Shown in pieces: positions 50,181 to 62,439 of a stretch of 64,000 bases of DNA; position 1 is the first letter of the stretch, and each line of letters opens with the position of its first letter. The translations under genes were made by a program, and so were the position numbers. The DNA is from Vicugna vicugna (lineage: Eukaryota), in the NCBI GenBank assembly GCA_013265495.1, contig MU058065.1:7812302-7876301 (forward strand). The letters run 5' to 3'. Below the pieces are notes generated by a model. The model did no database searches, was not told the DNA's origin, and worked only from the letters and a program-made list of their open reading frames with translations.

Positions 50181-53100
50181 GGAAGGCTTGGCTGACCTAG
50201 AGCAGGCGTCACAGGATGTCACAAGTAAGCCAGCCCGAACAGTAGCTAAAGGGGTAACAAAATTATAAGAGAAAATCTAGAAAATGTCAAGTTGGCCAGT
50301 GTGCCCACCAGAAGAAATTTCTGAGACTCTCCCACCCAAACCAGGGAGCTTTATAACTTCAATTTTGTCTTTGCTGCCTTGTAGCATGATGAGGTTTCCA
50401 CTCTATTACAGGGCAGTGGTCTCCTGAGGAAACAAGCCCTTCTGCATGGCGACACAGTCCTTACCAGAGCATCTCAGTAGTATGACTTTCCACATTTCCT
50501 CCCAGAATAGAAATAAGGATGCTCAGCATTGAGAATTCCTTGCAACACTCAACAAATCTGAATCTTTCTCTGGGCCCTTACTGAAAAAGAAGGATTTGTT
50601 TTGAAGGTTTCACTAGGCAAGTCATCCCTGCTGTCCTAGCATAGGGTGTGTGAAGGGCAAAGAGTCGCCAGAACTTTGAATTCCAGCACTAGAAAGGACA
50701 GTGGAGGACTTCCTTTGTTCCCTTTCTAGTATAAATACAACTAAAGCTACTTCTCCAACTATGAGAATTCTGCCCAGGAGAACAATGGGGAAACCAAACA
50801 GACGATGATACTGCCGGGCAAGACTTCTGTCAGTTCCATTTTTCAAGATCCTCAAGAGGCAGAGTGAAATTATGCTTCTGACCAATCTCTTCTTCTTCAT
50901 CCTCAGTTGATCCCCACTACAAGTAGGAAGTAGAGTTTCATCAAATCAGGGCAAAGAGATATGACTGGATTGTGACCCAACCTTGATCAGTAGTCATAAC
51001 AGGTATTTATGTTACAAATAATCCTGAAATATTGAGTGCCTCCTCTGGTCCGTGTACCCTACACCAGCCTGATGGTCATAATGCTTTGAAATTATCAATT
51101 ATGAAGGCACTGACCCTCATATGTGACAACTTCAGCCTGTCTTTCAGGTCCTTTTCCCCTTAGGGTGATAACTCTCTCACATTTCACGGGGACAAGTATC
51201 CGCAAATTCAATGACATGATAGCCCCTGGTGGGTGGGATGACTTCAAGAGGGTAGGGCTCTTAGTACGTGGCTCTCAGAATGTGAAGGGAGAATTCAAAA
51301 GCACAGGAGAAAAAACAGAGGCCTGAAGAGTCAACAATAGTGCCTTACGGTAAAGAGGCAAGAAGCCTGGACTGGAGATTAGGAGATCTGGGCTTGAGAT
51401 CCAACTTTGCCTGTAATTTGTGACTTCGGCCAAGTTATCCTTTATCCCCAGACTTATTTATTATGGAATTGTTCTCTAGGAACCCTTGCAACTCATAGTT
51501 CCTTACTCCAGTTGTTAGGTGGATTAAAACGCATTCGCTCCTAAGGACTGTATGAGGCCAAATAATTTAACGTGTGTGACGTTGTCACATATATCACACC
51601 CTTTCCAACACCCTGGGAGGCAGCTTTATTTTTGTCTTGTGGCTGAAGGGCACTGGACACCCAGTGTGTTCTGGGGAGGGGCAACTTTTTCTTCACTGTT
51701 TCACAGACGGGGATTAAGGTCAGTGGGGGGTGGAGAAGAACATTATTGGGAACCTTCTGAAGCATAAAGTTTGGATTTTCATTGTATTACTGTACCATGT
51801 GGCATTATTGCCAGTGGTGGCAAAAGGAATAGAAACAGTCAAATAATTTTTCATATGTCTGAAAATAACAACAACTAATGAAAGTTTGAATTCTTTCCAA
51901 ATGAGAACTCCAAATTCACGCCTTGCCTCTGAGAAGAGTTCACTACTTCTTCCCAGTTCTCTTTCTCCTTTCAGTACCAGATTCCTTCTTGGTGATCCTA
52001 GCACTGCATATAGGAGAGAAAAGGCAAAGAAAGCCGAGAGTCAAGGTCAGATCTATTTTTAAGGCAAGTTGGGAAGACAGTGTGGAGTGGTGGGCAGACT
52101 TTGGCTTGGGGGTCAGCCATCCTGAGTCCAGTCATGGCTCTCACATTGCCTGGGTGCAGCCCTTAGACAAGTCTGGTGGCTCCCAGGGCCACCGTTATTG
52201 TGGAGTCTCCTGCCTTCTAGCAGCCCAGTCTCTCTATTCCTGGAAAACAGAAATTCCTTATGGAAAGACAGTTCAGAAACACAGGCAGAAAGGATGGGAG
52301 AGGAGTCTAAAGGCAAAATGGGAAAGAACCTCGACAAACCTTTAGGCAGAACCCAGACCATCCTCAGAGCCAAGATGCTCCCGTTTCCTAGAACTGGATG
52401 GGAAAAGGCGAATGGAGTTGAAGTCCCTCCTTCCTTTTTCTCTGAAAACCACCCCATGGCCTTGGGCTCTGGTCTCTCTTTGCTTCCTCCTGGAGACTTC
52501 CAGTGAGTCCTGAGCTCGGAGACTTTGGCTCCTTGGTGAGGCCCCCACCCACCCCTGCTCCAGCTTACCCTGAGTCCCCTTAGCCTGCCTGAACAGCAGC
52601 AGCAAGAGCAGAGAAGACAGGATGCGCATGTGAACTGGGTAGAAGGTCCCCGCTTCCCAGCTGAGGTCAACATCTGGAGAGACTTAGGTTTCAGAGAGGG
52701 ATTCAAACTGAGTCATCAACATGGGTAAGGACTGTCAGCAACTTTTCCATGTTCTCTCTTAATGAGCCCCAATTCCCACCCTGCTGGGAAGATCCAGCCG
52801 TGGGAAGTCGTCCATTGGACTCCCAGGAAAATTAATGGACTGAGCTTGAACCGGAGAGGTGAGATGGGACCCAACAAGAGGCCTGACTTCCAAAACAGTG
52901 ACGCCCAAAGCCTGCCCCTTCCTAACCTAAGAAAGAGGCCAGTGGGAGCGCCGGCCTCCCAGCCCTTCCCTGCTGTGCTGCTCTGACCATCTTTCTAGAA
53001 GATGAAGACACCACTTTGTCCATCCACCTGTTCCAGACAAGATAACACTCAGCCCCCAAAGAGAAGGAACTTATAGCTCCTCTTCTAAAAAGGCCAGGAA

Positions 53101-55044
53101 TTCAGTTCCCTCTCCATGTCCCAATAACTCCTGGAAAATATCTCTCTCCTTTCATCAAGAGAAACAACAGCGAAGTCCCACTAGGAAACCAAAGTGTGGA
53201 AGAAGTGGATTTATTGGGGTGTCTCTGCTGCTGCTGTGCTGGGTTATTTGAAGCAGCTCATGTAGCCACTCTGGGCCTCGGTTTCTTCATCCAAAAGGAT
53301 AAATTTAACAGAGAGGGCAGAAGAAACGGTGAGGAGACAACAGACTGAATCAAGAGACCATGCTCAGTAAAGGCTATCTCCAGGTCCACTAAGGGGCAGG
53401 AGTGAATTCACTGCGCTGTAACCAACTTGCTCTCGGTTCAAGCAACACTGGGGCAGAAATGGAAAAACAGAGACAGAGATAGGCAGCAGTGCCCAGTGCT
53501 CAACCCTGCTCCATCCTCACTCCAGGATGTGTGACACAGAAGCCAATACAAACAACCCCCACAGCCCGCCCCGGCCAGCCTGCAACCTGCCTCCTTCCAC
53601 ACTGGGCCTCCTGCTGCTGGAGTTTCTCAGCATGAGCATCTGAAACCAGAACCTCTCCTTAACCCTATGCAAAGGGGACGTTTTTGTTTGTTTATTTCTT
53701 CATCCGTTCTCAAGTCTGGCTGCCTTCCTCCCTGTAATCTCAGCTTCTCCTTGGCAGCATGGGTCTTTTGGAGATGGAAAGGATTGGGGGAGAGAAATAT
53801 TATTCAGTCTCCAGGACCATCCAGAAAATGCTTCTCAAACTTAAGAGACCAGTCCCTCTGCAAACATGTTCACCAGCAGGGCCAGGTATGAGAGGCCGGC
53901 ATGAAGCACCCGAGGGCCTGTTATGGAGACAAAGTCCTTTTTCCCTTTCCTCCCTAGAAATGCTCCCATTTGATTTACAAAGTCACTCTGTGTTGTACAG
54001 TGTGTCCTCATAACACCAAAGTCTCTAAAATGAACAAATGTTTATGACCACCTATTATGGACCAGGTGGGAAATGCAGCAGAAATAAAAACACAGTCCCT
54101 AACTACAAGGAGCCCACCCCAAAAGTCAGATTAGCTCAGAGATCACTAAACCCAACCAGGTTATTTACAAACTAAAAGAGCCAAAGTCCAGAAAAATGAT
54201 ATTTGTGGCACAGTCAAGGCTAGAACCAAGACACATGACCCCTGTTGAGATCAGACTCACACACGTGACATGACAATGTGGGCACAAAACAACATTTCAA
54301 ACAATGAGGATTAGTTTTCCAGACTTTAGGGAACAACATTAGAGAATCATGGACTTTGAACAAATGTCAATAGATGATGAAAATTTGCAAAGTCAAGGAA
54401 GTCTTCCTTGGAGAAGTTGGGACAAAATGGAGAGGAATCAGATAGAAAAATAGGACTTTTTATTTATTCAATAAAAGATTCCATAAACCCTTATTGGGCT
54501 CCTACCCTGAGGCAGGACTGTTCAATATACAGCAGTAAACGTGATTTTTAAATTCCTGCTTTCATGGAGTTTGCTTGTAGGAGGAACAATCAGGCTCGAG
54601 TAGATAGAAAAGTTTCCAAGATACAAAGAGGCAAGGCAGCAGGCTGTGTCATGGAGCATCTCCTTCTTTGCGTGAATAAAAGTGTCCCACAGAAGGTCTC
54701 CAGAGAGAACTGCCTAGAAACATGAAAGTGGAAGCTGTCACATGATGGTTGTTCAAGGAATCTGCATTTTAAAAACATGATTTTCCATCTTATCTATAGA
54801 TATTAGAAATACAAGGAGCAGGACTTAAACTACATTCTCTCTTCTATTCAATCAACTTTTTTTAAGAACCTCCAACATGCAAGGGAGGCTGATTTTTGAA
54901 AGAAGATGATGGCAGGGGAAAGAGAAGGAGAGACAGAACAGTTATCAAGCTCTAGTAAGAATTTTTTTTTTCCAAAAGGGCTCAATACAAGGTATAAAAG
55001 ATGAAGAAGAAAAAATTGGATGAGGAGTCCATTATCAGGGAAGC

Positions 55045-55720
55045 TGGGAATGTGAATATCTCCAGCTCAGACTTCTACTCTGACCTCCAGACCCATATTC
55101 CCAGTAACCATTCAGTATCTCTATTTGGAAGTCTCAAGGCACCTCAAACCCAAAATGTCTTAGACCAAAATCATGATGATCACTGCTTCCATGCCTGGCC
55201 TTTATCCCAGTAAGTGGCACCAGCATCTAGGTGGCTGCATTAAGCAGAAACAAAATCCATACCATTGATGCCCTCTGCTCTCATCAACCAAACCCAGTTC
55301 ATAACCAAGCCTTTGTCTCCCGTCCACATCTCTACATCCTAATCAACATGCTCCCTGTCCCAGGCCTCAGCCATTTTCAAATATTTCTCTCCTGAACCAC
55401 TACCATTCTCAATAACCTCTCCCTTTGTTCACTTTGCTTCCTCATCAATCCATCCCCTCCCATTCCAGCAGCCTGTAATCTTATCACGTCATCCTCTTAA
55501 ACATTTTTTCACGGCTTGAGCCTGGTCTGGTATCTGCCTCTCCCTCCAACCTCACCTTGCACCATGTTGAGAAGTGATTACTCACTGATTGGTGTAGATA
55601 TCTGATAATAGCTTTCTCCCCCTCTAAGCTGAAAGCTCTATGTCTGTTTTCACCCACTGCTATTTTCCTAGCACCTAAGTTTATAACACATACTATGTGA
55701 TCAATAAATACGTGCTAACC
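55045..55720 (+). mobile_element. L2 3' fragment
   Basis: tatctccagctcagact..acctccagacccatatt..caaggcacctcaaacccaa..cagtaagtggcacca..tagcaccta..tcaataaata. Confidence 0.7.
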
Positions 55721-55742
55721 AAATTTTTTTAAATGGCTAAGT

Positions 55743-56394
55743 CAATGGTTCTCAACCAGGGGTGATTTTTGCCCCTCCCCACAAGGCAGTGTTTGGAAAC
55801 ATTTTTGATTTCCACAGCTATAGGGGCTCTCCTGGCATCTAATGGGTGCAGGCCAAAAATGCCGCCAAACATCCTGCAATGCACGAGGCAATGTGAAAAT
55901 TAGTAAAAGGAAACCTCAACTAAAATTGGAGTTGGAAGTACCCATAGAGGGCGCTCTCACACCCTACCACAGTCAGTTACTCACCCTAAAAGGAAGACAT
56001 CAGGTGCTGACCCCAACAGGAGGTGCAACTACTTTACTCCCCCGGCAGGAGGAAGGAAGATTTCCATCGCCCAGCAACAAGCACAGCCAATGGAAACGGC
56101 CGCAGCTCAGCCAATAAGAAGCCATCATCACCTGAACTTTTACTTTCCTCCATGAATTCTCATTGTTTCCTTACTGATGACTTCCTTTCCTTGTCCAGCT
56201 CCCCTTACTATAAAAGGCACCCATGTTGTGTAACCCCTTGGAGTATCTCTCTGTTTGCCAGATGAGATGCTGCCTGATTCATGAATCATTTAATAAAGCC
56301 AATGAGATCTTCAAATTTGCTCAGTTAAATGCTTTTTAACAACAGTCCCACATAGTCAGCCCCAACCTCAGCAGTGCTCAGGTTGAGAAAACTT
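55743..56394. mobile_element. MER20 split by an LTR (halves 55743-55891 and 56342-56394)
   Basis: Left half caatggttctcaaccaggggtgattttt..ctggcatcta.tgggt..aggcca..aaacatcctgcaatgcac. Right half acagtcccac..agtgctcaggttgagaaa completes the MER20 consensus. Confidence 0.8.
55892..56341 (+). mobile_element. ERV (likely ERV1-class) solo LTR, 450 bp
   Basis: TG..CA termini (tgtgaaaatt..ttttaaca), two CAGCCAAT boxes (~56084, ~56108), TATAAAA at 56209 and AATAAA at 56292, in U3-R-U5 order. It interrupts MER20. Confidence 0.8.
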
Positions 56395-56729
56395 TAGGAG
56401 AAAGAGAAGAAACATTTATGTTTTGGTCTTATTGATTGAGTTTCCCAGAGTCAAATCCTTACTCGTTATCTCCCAATGCTGTAAGAGAGGCTTAGATGTG
56501 ATGCATATATAAACACTCAACAACCATTAAATTTCCTACAAGCAGGCAATACCTATTTTAATGGTTCGTGTACTCTCCAGATGCCCGGCACAGGGCTGGA
56601 ATTTAGGTGCTTGTAACACCTGTCTGGAAAGCCTCATTTAACATTAAAAAAAAAAACCTCAAAGTTGAGGGTAGCCTTGAGCTGCAGTAGGGGGGCCACC
56701 TTATTTCTCATATATTAGCAAAGTGTAAC

Positions 56730-56840
56730 AAAGGCTGGTGACATCACAGTAGAGACCTGCCCACCTGCTCAGCCACGCCCCTTTCACAGTCACAATGGCT
56801 AAGGCTTTAAATACCCAGACTCGGGGCCTCCGGGCCCTGC
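56730..56840 (+). promoter_or_regulatory. TNP1: TNP1 proximal promoter (CRE-like, GC/KLF box, CAAT-like, TATA-like)
   Basis: TGACATCA 56739-56746, GCCACGCCCC 56772-56781, CAAT ~56793 and TTTAAATA 56806-56813, all directly upstream of the TNP1 ATG. TNP1 is an established CREM-tau target. Confidence 0.8.
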
Positions 56841-56868
56841 AAAGCCCCTCACTTTGGCAGAAAGTACA

Positions 56869-57007
56869 ATGTCGACCAGCCGCAAATTTAAAAGTCATGG
56901 TATGAGGAGGGGCAAGAACCGAGCTCCTCACAAGGGAGTCAAGAGAGGTGGTAGCAAAAGAAAATACCGGAAGGGCAGCCTGAAGAGTAGAAAACGGTGC
57001 GATGATG
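56869..57007 (+). CDS. TNP1: Spermatid nuclear transition protein 1, coding exon 1
   Basis: Manual translation gives MSTSRKFKSHGMRRGKNRAPHKGVKRGGSKRKYRKGSLKSRKRCDD + G (139 nt), a clear match to mammalian TNP1. It is followed by a GTGAGT donor. Confidence 0.98.
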
Positions 57008-57217
57008 GTGAGTGAGGGATGAGCTGGGGAGCCATCAAACAGGGGTGAGGGGGATATTGTTAGCCAGTGGGCCCTCCCTCTTGGAGTTAGCTCTCATAGG
57101 ACCCTGAAACCTCAGGCTGAGAATTTCATTTTGAGTTAGGCTCACATTTGGGCAGGAAGGGGATGAATGGGTATGTTCTACAGGCGTCCCTATTGCAAAT
57201 TTGTCCTTTCCCTACAG

Positions 57218-57246
57218 CCAATCGCAATTACCGCTCCCACTTGTGA
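57218..57246 (+). CDS. TNP1: Spermatid nuclear transition protein 1, coding exon 2
   Basis: After the polypyrimidine/CAG acceptor: CC AAT CGC AAT TAC CGC TCC CAC TTG TGA = (A)NRNYRSHL*. The phase-1 join gives a 55-aa protein. Confidence 0.98.
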
Positions 57247-57430
57247 CTACACCAGGGGGCTCTGCCCTGGTGGACTTCAAACGACACCAGGCAGCAACAG
57301 AGAACAGAAGGGGGACTGCCAAGGAGACCTGAAGTTAGAGCAAAGACAGAGAAGAGCTTATCGTGTGGGCAAAATGCCAATCGCGATGAAATGAGGAATG
57401 TATATGTTGGCTGTTTCTCCTCAACATCTC

Positions 57431-57475
57431 AATAAAATTTTGAAAACTGAAAAGCATGTTTCCTTTGCTCTTTGG
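57431..57475 (+). terminator. TNP1: TNP1 polyadenylation signal and downstream U/GU-rich element
   Basis: AATAAA 57431-57436 lies ~185 nt after the stop codon, followed by tgtttcctttgctctttgg at 57457-57475. Confidence 0.8.
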
Positions 57476-59459
57476 CTTGGGAAATGGGCAGAGCTGAGCC
57501 CACTTTCCTGAGCTGGGCAGACTTGGGGAAGAATTAGCAGGTATGAAACCATAGAACATGACTTGGAGAATATCAAAGCAATTTGTTCTTGCAACTCTCT
57601 CTCCCTGTGCCCCAACTCTGGCCATGTGCCATCACCACATTTAGGTCTTGATCTCGATGTACTCTCTCCCTCCCCAACATAGAAAGGAGGAGAGGGGATA
57701 AAAGAAATGAGAGAAACACATCAGAGTGCCAATTTGTCAAGAGGCTTATAGCATGGAGACACCAAACCATGATCCCCAAACCAAGAGCTAAACTAAAGCT
57801 AAAGGCATGTCCCCGAGGTGGACAGTGTTTCTAATTCATCTGGTTTTATGGGCATGATTAGTAGGCAGAGGCCAGCACGGTGTTTATAAGAGCTATGCTG
57901 GGTTTGAGATGGACAAGACTGGTGGCAGGGATCCTGCCTGGGAGATTTCACACCAGATGGTGTGACTCTGATGTCATAAATGAACCTTAGTCAGGTGTGT
58001 CTGGAAGTAGGAATGACCTCAGTCTGGGTGGACCGTATTGGCAGGGAAAAACAGTCCTTTGCTGTAGCCCTCACTTCACCTTGACCTTGAGTTCTGATAT
58101 GGTTTATGTAGTCTCCAAGGATCTGACACCTCCTCTCAGCATCCAGCAATATTTTTAATGAGTGCTTCCTGTTGCCTCAGAGGCAGTTCCAGGGTGGCAC
58201 AGGGAGGAATTGAGACATTGAAACCAAGCCACCCGCAGAACCAAGCCACCCACTTGGATTCTGGGGAAGCAACCAGGAAAGGATATAAGCCGGAAGGAAT
58301 GAGAGGAGCGTGAGGCCAGACATGAAGTTTCCAACAGTGGGGGGAGTGAGACGTGGGACCAGTGACGAAGCAAGGAAAGGGAGCCTTTCTGTGCAGAGCT
58401 CCACGTATTCTCAATGAGACCATTGACTCTGAGTTCCCTGGAGGTGTGTCAGCACTGGGATGTTGGGAGGGGAACAAAGGCTGTCCCTGTGGGTTAGATT
58501 CTAGTAGTGTAACAGAAAAGGATGAGAAAAGACCAGCTCATGAAGTGAGTTGTTTTGTCCTGTTTCCTAGCCCTAGAGAAGGCACATACTGTTTGAGAGC
58601 TAAGTCAGCATCAGGTGCCCAGACACTTCAAAAACATCAGACTTGTATTTCCCACCTAATTTTTTCAGTTCCCACTTTTGTAAAGAAATATCCCTTCATA
58701 ATCCTCATCTTCCACAGTTTTACCTCTTAAATATTCCTTTTGTCCTTGATTTTCCAAATCAAACTCAGACTAGAAGTTTCTTAAATATATGTCCACAGTG
58801 TGACTGCACAAAGCTTTTTAACAGATTCAACTGGAACCCCTAATAAGAAACAACCAGCCCTCACATTCTCTTGTGCCTTTTGGGAGTTCCTTTAGTCTCC
58901 ATATAAAGAAAGCCTGAAAGCTCCTTGCAACACACATAGTCCATTTATTGTAATGCCAAGCTTTTGCTGCTCTGGCTGTACATTCTTCCAATTCATCAGC
59001 TACTGGGGAGTACAGTCAGAACTCCCCCATGGGGCCAAAAGAGCAAGCCTGCCTGGGATAGAGAAATGCCTCGGGCCGGGCATTTCTCCGTGCTGAGGCA
59101 AAGCCTGAAGTCAAGCTGAAGTTAGGAGTTTGTTTGCTGGACCACATGCCCCACAATCTGGGCCACACACCTGTGTCTCTTCCTTTTGCCTTCTGGTACC
59201 CTGCATCCCTTCCCACCTGCTTGTTCCCAACTTTTGCTCTTGCCACTCCCTGCTGTGGCTGTGTGCCAGGAGCCTTCAAGTGCTTTCGCTCACAGCTCGC
59301 CCCTTCGCACCACATTCTCCACTTGATCTTTTCCCTGCCACCTTTCAGATTGCTAAGACGGGCAAAGACAAGCTGTCCTGTAGGGAAGAGTCAGCAGAAC
59401 AGTGAAACAGTGCAAAATGTTCTTTCCCTGAGAAACTTACATTAACCATGAAGTCATCC

Positions 59460-59835
59460 TGTATTCATCAGGATCCCCCAGGAAAGCAGATCCTGGTGGG
59501 GACCCAAAGACCTCTAGAGCCTGGCAACAATGGTTGTGAAGAGGCAAAGGATGAAATAGTCACAGGAGCCCCATGGGAGCCAAAACTGTGTGTTGGGTGA
59601 AGGAGGGTGGCAGATGGCCCTCTTGGTAAAAGCTGTAGTAGGGAGGAACACAGCCACTGCCAGTCTCAGAAATGCCCTACCATCCCTCTCCTCCAGCCCT
59701 CCAGTCTCCTCCTGATGCTTCCAGTGGCCAGACTCAACCAGAAGGCAGCAGGGAACGAATCGCAGGTGATGCAGACATCAAGGGGCAGAGAATGTTGGAG
59801 AAGAGCTCTGAGAAACTAATGGTGGTAGGTAGCAC
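59460..59835. mobile_element. Ancient ERVL/MaLR-group LTR remnant (LTR79-like)
   Basis: Starts tgtattcatcagg, has internal ctccagtctcct.ctgatgcttcc..tggcc.gactcaaccagaag.cag..ggtgatgcag, and ends agcaca. Confidence 0.5.
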
Positions 59836-60557
59836 AACCTGGTAGGCAAAATTTGCTCTTTCCTTGGACTTCTAGAAGTCTGCCACTTCAGCGTCCTATT
59901 TGTCTTCCCTCACTTGTTGTCACAGGACCAAGTCCCTTGGGAAGTGACTAGCAGGAAAACCCCGAACCAAGTTACTCAGGGCTCCTGAACTCTCAACTCA
60001 AGAGCATGTGTTCATGTCATTTGTAGGATGTTAAGATTCCCAGACCTAATGTTCTAAGACAGTGTTGATCAATATTTAGGATGAGGTGGTGAACAGCTCA
60101 AGGCGGTCAGGGCAGCCAGATCCTTGCCTGGTGACTTCAGTCTGCCCTCTTAGACAGGTGTGGAAGGATTGGGAGCAGCCCAGAAAACTCTGTTTTGCAG
60201 TAAGAACATTTTCCAGGCCCACAGGCTGGACATTTTCCAGCCCTGGTGTTGACTTGGTCCCTGCCCTCCAGGAACATTCATTCCGTCTCCCTGTTGACAG
60301 CTCCTGCAGGCCCAGCCCCCACCAGGCAGGCCCCTGTAGGGAAAGAAAACAGGGGGCTTTTGACCTTGGTGCCACTAGAAGACCTCACCTTCTGTGTGAT
60401 TTTTCTCCATCTCCCTCACCAAGGGGACTCTGTTCCTGTCTCCAGTTTTCTCTGGAACACCATGTCCTTAAGTCATCACTTACTTGGCCTTTTTGGAAAG
60501 TCAAAAATAAGAAAAAAAATTTTTTTTAAGTTAAGGATTTTGACCATAAGCCTTTCT

Positions 60558-60572
60558 GGGTCACCTTGACCT
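60558..60572. promoter_or_regulatory. Perfect estrogen-response-element palindrome
   Basis: GGGTCA CCT TGACCT = RGGTCAnnnTGACCY. This is a motif match only; function is untested. Confidence 0.45.
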
Positions 60573-61514
60573 TCTTGTGAGCTGACTTGGGCACAGGACC
60601 TCTGCCCCACTGACCTTGAGGTCTGATGAGAGTGATCCCAGAGGACACACGTGTGGGTGGAGAGAGCCCAGAGGAGCTAAGGGGAGGACACAGCTGACTC
60701 CCACCTCTCGCCCTGGGCTTTGTCAGATCACCCCAGGTGGGACCGACTGTGCGTGAGCAGCCTCAGGCAAACAGGAAGTTCTGGAGAAGTGCTCACGGCT
60801 GTGTGAGGAAGTGAGGGCACAGAAGCAACAGCCGGGGTGGGGGGGCGCTCTGATGCCCTGGGGGTGGGCGGTGCAAGTCCGACATGGCCGGGGGCTCAGC
60901 TCTCAGGGTCACCCCAAGGTCTGTCCTTTGAGACCAGAGGACAGCCCAGCCTGGCTCTGCAGTCTGAGCCATCACTCACTCCTCCCCATCCTCCCCACCC
61001 CCTAGAGAAAGAACCACACGTCCAGGAGCACCAGGTCCCCCTAGTCACCAGGCCGGTCCACCTCACCAGGTTAACAAGTGAGGAAGCTGGTTGCTTGGCT
61101 CCAAGAGAGCCTCTCCTCTCTTCTGCATCCCCCAAACCATCCTCCCTCTCCAGCCTTTTATCAGTCCAGTGTGAGACCTCTCCCCAGTCGGAGCCCTACA
61201 GCCACTCCTGCCCTTCAGCTCAGTGTCCCAAAAGTGGTGTAGATGACAGTCTTCTCCATGGAGCACAGTAGCCAGGAAAGGGGTCCAGAAGTGAAACCCC
61301 AGTGCCTGGGTTCCAACAGCCAGCTCCTCTCACCTTGTGACCTTCATCCACCTCTCATGCTTTATTTCCAGCCTTTTCACACCTCCCCTCTGCAGCTGGG
61401 GTCATTTCATCTCTTCCTAAGGCCCAGCTTTACCATCTCCATAACCATGCCTGACCTCGGGGAGTGAGGCATCTCTGGACAGCCAGCAGGGTAGGCTAAT
61501 GCAGATAGGCAATG

Positions 61515-61650
61515 GTTCTAATATTGGGCCATATAATCTTAGGTAAATTTTCCAACCTCTCTAAGCCTCATCTTCCTTATCTATAAAATGTCAGCCATAA
61601 CATCTACCACACAGTGGGCTTGTTAGAATATAAAATACTGTAAATTATAG
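61515..61650 (+). mobile_element. MIR SINE fragment
   Basis: atcttaggtaaatt..aacctctctaagcctca.cttcctt.atctataaaatg..ataacatctacc.cacag. Confidence 0.65.
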
Positions 61651-62439
61651 GTCTTGAGTGGAGTTGGCTGCCCTCACCTCTCTCCCTTTGAACTGGCCTT
61701 GGAGGTGTCATTGTGTCTGTCTGGCCCTGACTCATGACCCTGCTTCCTGTGGTAGTCTCTGGGTGTCACACATATGGACAGATTCCCCAGTGGGGCCCTG
61801 TGCTCTGCAGAGAGCTCAGATTCCCACTGTGACCCAGAGTCTCTCTCTCTCCTGATCCTTTGCCTAGGACAGATCCTGAGATCAGGAAGCATCTACATCT
61901 CCCTGTGGCTTATTTTGCCCTCCCATAAAATTAAGGAGTTGAGGAAGATCTTATATCTCCAACTAGACTATAAACTCCTGAGACCAGGAGCCAAGCCATC
62001 CCCAAGTGAAGGGCAGAAGGATCACATCTGGGCATACCAATAGCCATTGTTTCTTGGGAAACAAATCAATGAATCCATCAAAAAAATCAATCAATCAATC
62101 TTCTAACTTGTGAAAAGTAAAATCTGAGCATGATGAAAAGGACTGAGGATGGATGAATAAACTCACATGATTAGGAGTGTTTATTTCTCCCATCAGCAGC
62201 AGACAAGTATCTCTGCAATTAATTATCTATGAAGTCCTAGGTCTAACGCGCGAGTGGTTTTCATTGAAAAGACATAAAGAGCTTGAATTTTCCAAGTTGC
62301 AGGGACCAGCCACCAAAGTGCCTCAGAATGGAAGCTCTGAAGAAGGGAGTGCTTCTCAACAGGACTGAAAACAGGACCTTGATTTATGACTTACTCTTTC
62401 CTTCAGGAACACAGAAGAACAATATCACACGAGGTATAC

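Larger units (their letters stand above)
56835..57455 (+). other. TNP1: TNP1 transcription unit (approximate TSS to poly(A) site; 2 exons, 210-bp intron 57008-57217)
   Basis: Donor G|GTGAGT at 57008, acceptor ttgtcctttccctacAG| ending 57217, AATAAA 57431-57436. TSS is estimated ~25-30 nt downstream of the TATA-like box. Confidence 0.9.

Noticed and set aside
52113..52706. 197-aa minus-strand ORF and overlapping ORFs
   Set aside because: No family resemblance or exon structure; several overlapping frames indicate chance ORFs in GC-richer DNA.
56701..57394. ORFs 56701-56931 (-) and 57167-57394 (+)
   Set aside because: They are shadow ORFs overlapping the real TNP1 promoter and exons, antisense or in a different frame.
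58215..58470. Possible MER21/MER68-like LTR relic with a 13-bp duplication (aaccaagccaccc)
   Set aside because: Similarity too patchy to assign family, strand or boundaries by eye.
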